A stretch of DNA of 63,337 nt from an uncultured Algimonas sp. Its GTDB lineage: Bacteria; Pseudomonadota; Alphaproteobacteria; Caulobacterales; Maricaulaceae. Positions 58,429 through 63,337 of this stretch are shown in pieces (within the stretch, counting starts at the first letter, position 1; every line of letters begins with the position of its first letter). The translations under genes were made by a program, and so were the position numbers. The stretch is taken from positions 1 to 63,337 of the forward strand of contig CAZBDT010000001.1 in the NCBI GenBank assembly GCA_964490745.1, in the 5' to 3' direction. The notes below the pieces were generated by a model, which searched no databases, was not told where the DNA came from, and worked only from the letters and a program-made list of their open reading frames with translations.

Positions 58429-59544
58429 ATGACAAATGATCGTTCTGACATCGCAATCGGCTTTCTCTTAATCGGGGGCATTCATCATATTTTGCACTTG
58501 ATTCCGCCTGCGACTGAACTGGCGAAGGCGCCGGATGTGAAAGTTGTCATATATGTCTGCAACCAAAATGAAAAAGCGATGTGTGAGGCTTTGTTGCAAG
58601 ATTTAGGGTGGAACAATCCTGATGTGAGGGTTTTGACCGCAAATCCGTTACTCAGAGTCATTTCTCCGAAGCTGTCAGTACTTTTCAACAATATAAGTCA
58701 GTTCAAAAAGTTAGAAGCTTTGCTGGTAGCAGAGCGGACGTCAACTATTCTGCGACATTGGCCGGGACGGTTTCCAATTTTTTTCCATACACCTCATGGG
58801 GCAGGAGATCGGGCCAAAAGCTATGATCCGCGTATACGGCATTTCGACCATGTTTTGGTCGCAGGTCAGAAAGATAAATCTCGCATGATTGAAAAGGGAG
58901 TCGTACGAGCCGAAAACTGTTATGTTACGGGTTACATAAAGCCATATGTTGTAAGACATTTAGACGCTGAACTTCCAAATCTATTTCCAACAAATCATCC
59001 TATTGTTTTATACAATCCACATTTTGATAAGACACTTTCATCTTGGAGTGAATACGGTTTTAAACTGCTGGAGTCTTTTGCACAGACTCCGGAATTTAAT
59101 TTTATTCTAGCGCCTCATATACGGCTTTTTAAAATCGCCTCAGAAGCAGAGCGGGCGCGTGTCTTGGCCTTTGAAAAATATCCCAACATACATATTGATC
59201 TGGGCAGTCCACGTTCAACAGATATGACTTATACACGTTTAGCGGATATTTATTTAGGCGATGTTAGCAGTCAAGTTTACGAGTTTTTATCAAAACCTAA
59301 ACCTTGCATATTTATCGGTCCAGAGACGACGCCTTGGCAAGATAACCCTGATTACGCCCATTGGCGCTATGGGCAGGTCTGCCATACAACTAATGGCGTC
59401 ATGGAAGCGTTGAATGGGGCGTTTATTGATCTTGAAATTTATCAGTCCGCACAGATTGAAGGGTGCCGCGCGGCAATGGGAGACCCAGATTGGAACCCTG
59501 TAGCGCGGGCAGCGGATATAATTTTGTCAATCCTGAGAGGCTGA
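58429..59544 (+). CDS. CDP-glycerol glycerophosphotransferase-like / surface glycan GT-B protein
   Basis: HGAGDR, TGYIK, VLYNPHF, APH and YLGDVSSQVYEF...KP motifs resemble the TagF-like family. Confidence 0.65.
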   Translation: MTNDRSDIAIGFLLIGGIHHILHLIPPATELAKAPDVKVVIYVCNQNEKAMCEALLQDLGWNNPDVRVLTANPLLRVISPKLSVLFNNISQFKKLEALLVAERTSTILRHWPGRFPIFFHTPHGAGDRAKSYDPRIRHFDHVLVAGQKDKSRMIEKGVVRAENCYVTGYIKPYVVRHLDAELPNLFPTNHPIVLYNPHFDKTLSSWSEYGFKLLESFAQTPEFNFILAPHIRLFKIASEAERARVLAFEKYPNIHIDLGSPRSTDMTYTRLADIYLGDVSSQVYEFLSKPKPCIFIGPETTPWQDNPDYAHWRYGQVCHTTNGVMEALNGAFIDLEIYQSAQIEGCRAAMGDPDWNPVARAADIILSILRG

Positions 59545-60936
59545 GGACATTCGATTTAGTTTTAATTGTCTTCGAGTGAAAATAATAACCGCAGAAATTT
59601 CAATTGCCGCCCCAAAAATTGCCGCCCACCCAATCGCGAAAAGTCCAAATTGGTCCGATAAGATAAAGAATAAACCAATAAAACTTGTCAGCCCAATAAT
59701 GCGCGCCCAGATGGCGCTGCCGGGCCGCAACAAGACATAAAGCGCCGTGTAAAATGGCGTGGCAATCCCAATCAAAGAAGAGGCGACAAGCAACATGACA
59801 GCCAGCAACGGGGCATCTTCAAAACTCGCATCGAAAGCACCTTTGACGAGATCAACGCCAAAGATCAATACAACAATCGATAATCCAAACCCAACAAAAC
59901 CAATGCCTAGTGCTGCTCGCGCTGTAACCCGCGCTAAAGCTTTCATATCCAAATCAGCCGCCATACGGCTTAATTCAGGGAACAAGACCTGATTGAACAG
60001 TGTGATGGCACGGGAGAGAAGGCGTGAAATTTCCTCGGCAATCTTATAGACTGCAAGTAAGGCGGGGCCAAAAACCAACATGATAGCTAAGCTTGGAAAA
60101 TTAGCTTTTGCCGCTGAAAGCGTGGAGTCGATATTCGTTTTGACAATGAAGGCATAAAGACCGGGGAATGATTTTGTACGGCAAAACTCGGCGTGACGAA
60201 TAACGCCCCATAATCGACGTTTGCCAAGCTCCAGCGCAGCAAATCCTTGTAGCACCAAATAACTCGCTAGAGAGGCTAAGAACCAGATGATCAGAAGCTC
60301 TTTTAGACCCCAGCCTTGCAATCCGGCTATTAATACACCAGCCAATCGAATAGTTGGCATAACCAACGCACGAAGAGCCAGAACGAAAAACTTATCGAAA
60401 AGTCTGAAAACGCCAATGGCAACATTGATCTGCCGGAAGAGAATGACCGTGCAATAAGCGAAAACATAGTTGTTTAATTGTACGGAATTGAGTGTTTCAC
60501 CTCCAGAGAGTTGCGGCATTTCACCTATTAATGACTGCGCCCAGATAAAAAGGTTGAATAAACTCACCGCCAAAAAAAATGCCAAAATCGCGGCTATAAA
60601 ATCGATTACAAGACCCGTTTTTATCAAGCTGCCTAGCCGATTAGCATTTCGAGACTTCAATTCATCCGCACCAAATCGGATCAAGGTCTGCCAGATTTGA
60701 AACGAAGCGATCTCTGAAAAAAACAACATGTAAGCATGCACGAATAAAAGCGTCCCAAAAGCGACATTATCAGAGAGAATGCGCGCTGCGAGAATGAGAG
60801 TGGCAACGCCCATCAGCGCAGAGAGCAGCCGCGCACCCGCGAGCATTCCAGTGTTGGAAACCATACGTCCTCGCAACCCCCAACGTGAGCGCACTTCTAG
60901 ATCAGACTTTATTTTTGATGGCTGGTGGTCAGACAT
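59527..60936 (-). CDS. Polysaccharide biosynthesis flippase (Wzx-like)
   Basis: NTGML...ARIL...FG, GP...AVYKIA and LFPELSR motifs; multiple TM segments. Confidence 0.8.
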   Translation of the reverse strand: MSDHQPSKIKSDLEVRSRWGLRGRMVSNTGMLAGARLLSALMGVATLILAARILSDNVAFGTLLFVHAYMLFFSEIASFQIWQTLIRFGADELKSRNANRLGSLIKTGLVIDFIAAILAFFLAVSLFNLFIWAQSLIGEMPQLSGGETLNSVQLNNYVFAYCTVILFRQINVAIGVFRLFDKFFVLALRALVMPTIRLAGVLIAGLQGWGLKELLIIWFLASLASYLVLQGFAALELGKRRLWGVIRHAEFCRTKSFPGLYAFIVKTNIDSTLSAAKANFPSLAIMLVFGPALLAVYKIAEEISRLLSRAITLFNQVLFPELSRMAADLDMKALARVTARAALGIGFVGFGLSIVVLIFGVDLVKGAFDASFEDAPLLAVMLLVASSLIGIATPFYTALYVLLRPGSAIWARIIGLTSFIGLFFILSDQFGLFAIGWAAIFGAAIEISAVIIFTRRQLKLNRMSSASQD

Positions 60937-61621
60937 TAGCGGACGGGAATGTGAGAATATTGGACCCAGATGCCAGGGCAGCCCAATTGGAAAACGTATA
61001 AACTTCTAGAGACAATAATAGAGGAGATAAGTCACCAAAAGAAATTGTTAGATCATCAAATAAGCAGACCATATAAGCATCACTAACGCGCCAATCGGGG
61101 AATAGAGTTATATACTCGCTCGTTTCACACAGGCTCTCAACAATTACTTCTGGCATGGCAGAATACCCAAGCCCCATTTCAACCGCCATTCGCGCACCTG
61201 AAATATCATGCACAGGGAAAACTTGATCAGGCTCAACTTCATATCTTTCTGTATCACCCCGTGTCAGATAAGTAAGCTTTTCATCAGATGGAAAGGTCGT
61301 CACAAATATGTTGTCGCGGAGCTCTGCTAGGGTTTTTTTGTGCCAACTATCATGAGCACTTTTCTGCGCGACCAAGCGCCGTCTCACGGGAAAATAGACG
61401 CCATTTCGCCCCTGAAAACTCGCCAGCGCTCCGGTGTAGTATATGGCAACATCAGGCCTGAATGAGTCAATGATACCTTGATGGCTTTCAAACAACCAAT
61501 TCCATTTTGGAAAAACGTCCAACGCAGAAAAGGTTGGGCTCAAAGCCGTCGGTGCCGAAACACGAATTTTTGTCAGATTGGTGATCATCGATAAAACGGG
61601 AGGCGAAAATAAAAATTTCAA
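60929..61621 (-). CDS. LysR substrate-binding-domain-like protein without HTH
   Basis: KIRVSAP, PDVAI and AVEMGLGYSAMP...LFPDW motifs; no N-terminal HTH; true start uncertain (ATG 61588 possible). Confidence 0.5.
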   Translation of the reverse strand: MKFLFSPPVLSMITNLTKIRVSAPTALSPTFSALDVFPKWNWLFESHQGIIDSFRPDVAIYYTGALASFQGRNGVYFPVRRRLVAQKSAHDSWHKKTLAELRDNIFVTTFPSDEKLTYLTRGDTERYEVEPDQVFPVHDISGARMAVEMGLGYSAMPEVIVESLCETSEYITLFPDWRVSDAYMVCLFDDLTISFGDLSPLLLSLEVYTFSNWAALASGSNILTFPSANV

Positions 61622-61749
61622 TCATGACTAGATAGCTATTTTTTGATCGATTCCGCAAGCATCATTATTTTTTGCGATTATCTTATTTTTGGAAAAAGAT
61701 TAAGTGTTAGTTTAATGCAATGGAACGCAAAAAGTTTGAAATACACTAA

Positions 61750-62020
61750 GGGCTGTCCTCCATAACTAGCCCATATTCTTTTTAACTCATTGTCTTAACT
61801 ACCGTTGCTAGCTGAGCGGATCCAGTTTATTAAAACGTCACTCACATTCCTTCAAATATAAGCCGAAATGTGCCTTCGGAATACCATTAAATCTGCGCAT
61901 GTTCTGCTTCGCTAGGCTTCGGAAATTCTCAATCCCATTGATGTGATTATGCTTGTCGGCAAAGAGCTTTGAATGATTAATCCGAAAGTGTTTAAACTCA
62001 GACACATCAAGCATATTATA
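61750..62020 (-). mobile_element. IS1595-family (IS1016 group) remnant: terminal inverted repeat plus decayed transposase C-terminus
   Basis: - strand reads YNMLDVSEFKHFRINHSKLFADKHNHINGIENFRSLAKQNMRRFNGIPKAHFGLYLKECE*RFN, with in-frame stops. GGGCTGTCCTCCATAACTAG (61750-61769) resembles the IS1016-type end. Confidence 0.85.
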
Positions 62021-62224
62021 TCAAGACGCTTACAATGAGCTGAGCCTCTTCATTCAATCCATCTAACGCCCCGGGAGACAAAATCTTGGTTTCACCCATT
62101 CATCTGATAAGGGTGGATTTAGGTCACTGTCAGTGTCTGAAAAGCGCAATTCAATGCCAACGCTCTCTGCATCTTTTTAGATAGTGGGTCGATTTCCTAG
62201 TCACGGCTCATTTTAGCCCAATTT

Positions 62225-62442
62225 GTAGCACAAAAAGTGGTACAAAAATCGAAGAAATTTCAAGAGATCAAAGGTTTACAAAGGCAATACGCAGTCTTTT
62301 CAACGACTGATGTGATTGGGTTTTGAAGATAATGGCGCACCGGGGAAGGGTCAATACAATTTATTTTCTTTAACAATTACAATAACTTGACTGACAAATT
62401 TTAAATAGTTGTTGCACAATCGGTTTCACATCGCGTTGCACG
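62225..62442. repeat. att-like site: GTNGCACA-type repeats at 12-bp period flanking a tRNA-3'-end-like core
   Basis: GTAGCACA 62225, GTGGTACA 62237; GTTGCACA 62411, GTTTCACA 62423, GTTGCACG 62435; core TGGCGCACCGGGGAAG at 62333-62348; IHF-like GATCAAAGGTTTA at 62266-62278. Confidence 0.5.
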
Positions 62443-62688
62443 AAACTTAGAATCAACTAAAAATCAATACACACAACTTGCAACGGAAGATCCGCGAGCT
62501 AAATATTCCCGAATGCTTGGGGTACAGACATAGCAAAATTTCAACCAACGAAACTCATAACACCTATCGCAAAATGCCAAAAAACTCATCCCGATTTAGG
62601 ACGGTTTAATTAGAAACACTATGGAAAGGCTTTGATTTTGTGAGGATAATGAAGCACAATAGGTTGCCACTTTAGGATACTTTAATTA

Positions 62689-63337
62689 GTGAAAACAAAA
62701 TTAGTAATTATTGTTCTGCTATTACTTTCACTACTTTTCTTAGGGAGCAACACGTATTCTCAAGACAATCGTGTTTCGACCTCGGCGTCCACCGGCCATA
62801 AACTTGATCACAAACTCACCGTCTACAGACCACTTGAGAAACAATGGATCAACACTAGTCATGAAGACATTAAACCGCTGGATTTCCTAATATTTAATGG
62901 TCAGGCTTTGCATGTCAATGCCGCTCAAGGCGAAATCGCCACCGTCCCGTTAGGGCAGGCTAAATTGGACACGCTTAAACGTCATTCGGAGCCATATGAT
63001 CCTAATGATGCATCATACCCTGAGTCCGATACTCAGCTTATTTACGCCAAATGGCGTGATACAGATAATTGGACCTATCAGCCCCTAGGTGTTATGCAAG
63101 ATAAACAACGTTTCCTTTGGCATGGACGGGAATTTATTACCAAGCTCGATCGACAAGGGGCGCGGTCTGTTAAACCCACTGGCAATGTCATCAGTAGAGT
63201 CAATGGCGTTTGGAGTGAACATCACGACAACCAGATTCATTTAACGCTTGATTTCCCTGACATTGGCGAAACGAATAAAATCGTTACGACCCATGAACAT
63301 CCTTTTTATACCCCAGAAACGGATGAATGGATACCAG
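62689..63337 (+). CDS. Secreted protein with Hint (intein-like, PT-HINT type) domain; runs off the right edge of the window
   Basis: Not in the ORF track. GTG start with AGGA upstream; open for 216 codons; signal peptide MKTKLVIIVLLLLSLLFLGSNTYS; ends ...IHLTLDFPDIGETNKIVTTHEHPFYTPETDEWIP (Hint block B T..HPF...W). Confidence 0.75.
   Translation, partial: MKTKLVIIVLLLLSLLFLGSNTYSQDNRVSTSASTGHKLDHKLTVYRPLEKQWINTSHEDIKPLDFLIFNGQALHVNAAQGEIATVPLGQAKLDTLKRHSEPYDPNDASYPESDTQLIYAKWRDTDNWTYQPLGVMQDKQRFLWHGREFITKLDRQGARSVKPTGNVISRVNGVWSEHHDNQIHLTLDFPDIGETNKIVTTHEHPFYTPETDEWIP

Noticed and set aside
62290-62400. A complete tRNA gene
   Set aside because: Only about 16-20 nt resemble a tRNA 3' end; D-arm, anticodon arm and 5' acceptor strand are absent
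1-63337. CRISPR array, rRNA, prophage or known defence genes
   Set aside because: No regularly spaced 25-45 bp repeats, rRNA-like tracts or phage/cas/defence motifs were seen

Overview
A 63-kb chromosomal window, probably from a marine alphaproteobacterium (inferred from gene content: several TonB-dependent receptors, a TPR-sulfotransferase, otsAB-GH15). From left to right it contains: (i) the 5' part of a DUF4212/ActP-like sodium:solute symporter pair; (ii) an alginate utilisation locus (kdgK, eda, IclR, FAH-family hydratase, PL17 and PL6 lyases, FadR/GntR, two TBDRs, a beta-hydroxyacid dehydrogenase) with no recognisable kdgF, SDR-type DEH reductase or uronate transporter in the window; (iii) an orphan beta-helix lipoprotein; (iv) an Lrp-adjacent NCS1 permease/hydantoinase/DUF917/TBDR/TPR-sulfotransferase module; (v) otsA-otsB-GH15; (vi) an OMF-MFP-RND efflux operon; (vii) the best candidate for an undescribed system, a 16-kb locus (41.6-58 kb). 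In it a PAS hybrid kinase with a fused Hpt and two tandem LuxO-like sigma-54 activators adjoin glycan genes (GT4, a clan GH-A enzyme with a Glu-to-Gln acid/base change, an Ig-like exported protein, a GT2-STAS fusion, a flippase, a 1042-aa GT-C-like protein, TolC). These genes carry three GG-N10-GC sigma-54 promoter motifs and LuxO-type TTGCA-W3-TGCAA boxes. (viii) Surface polysaccharide genes follow, and (ix) the right end holds an IS1016-group remnant, an att-like site with 12-bp-periodic repeats, and the start of a secreted Hint-domain protein missed by the ORF track. All calls are from motif reading by eye; no database search was run.
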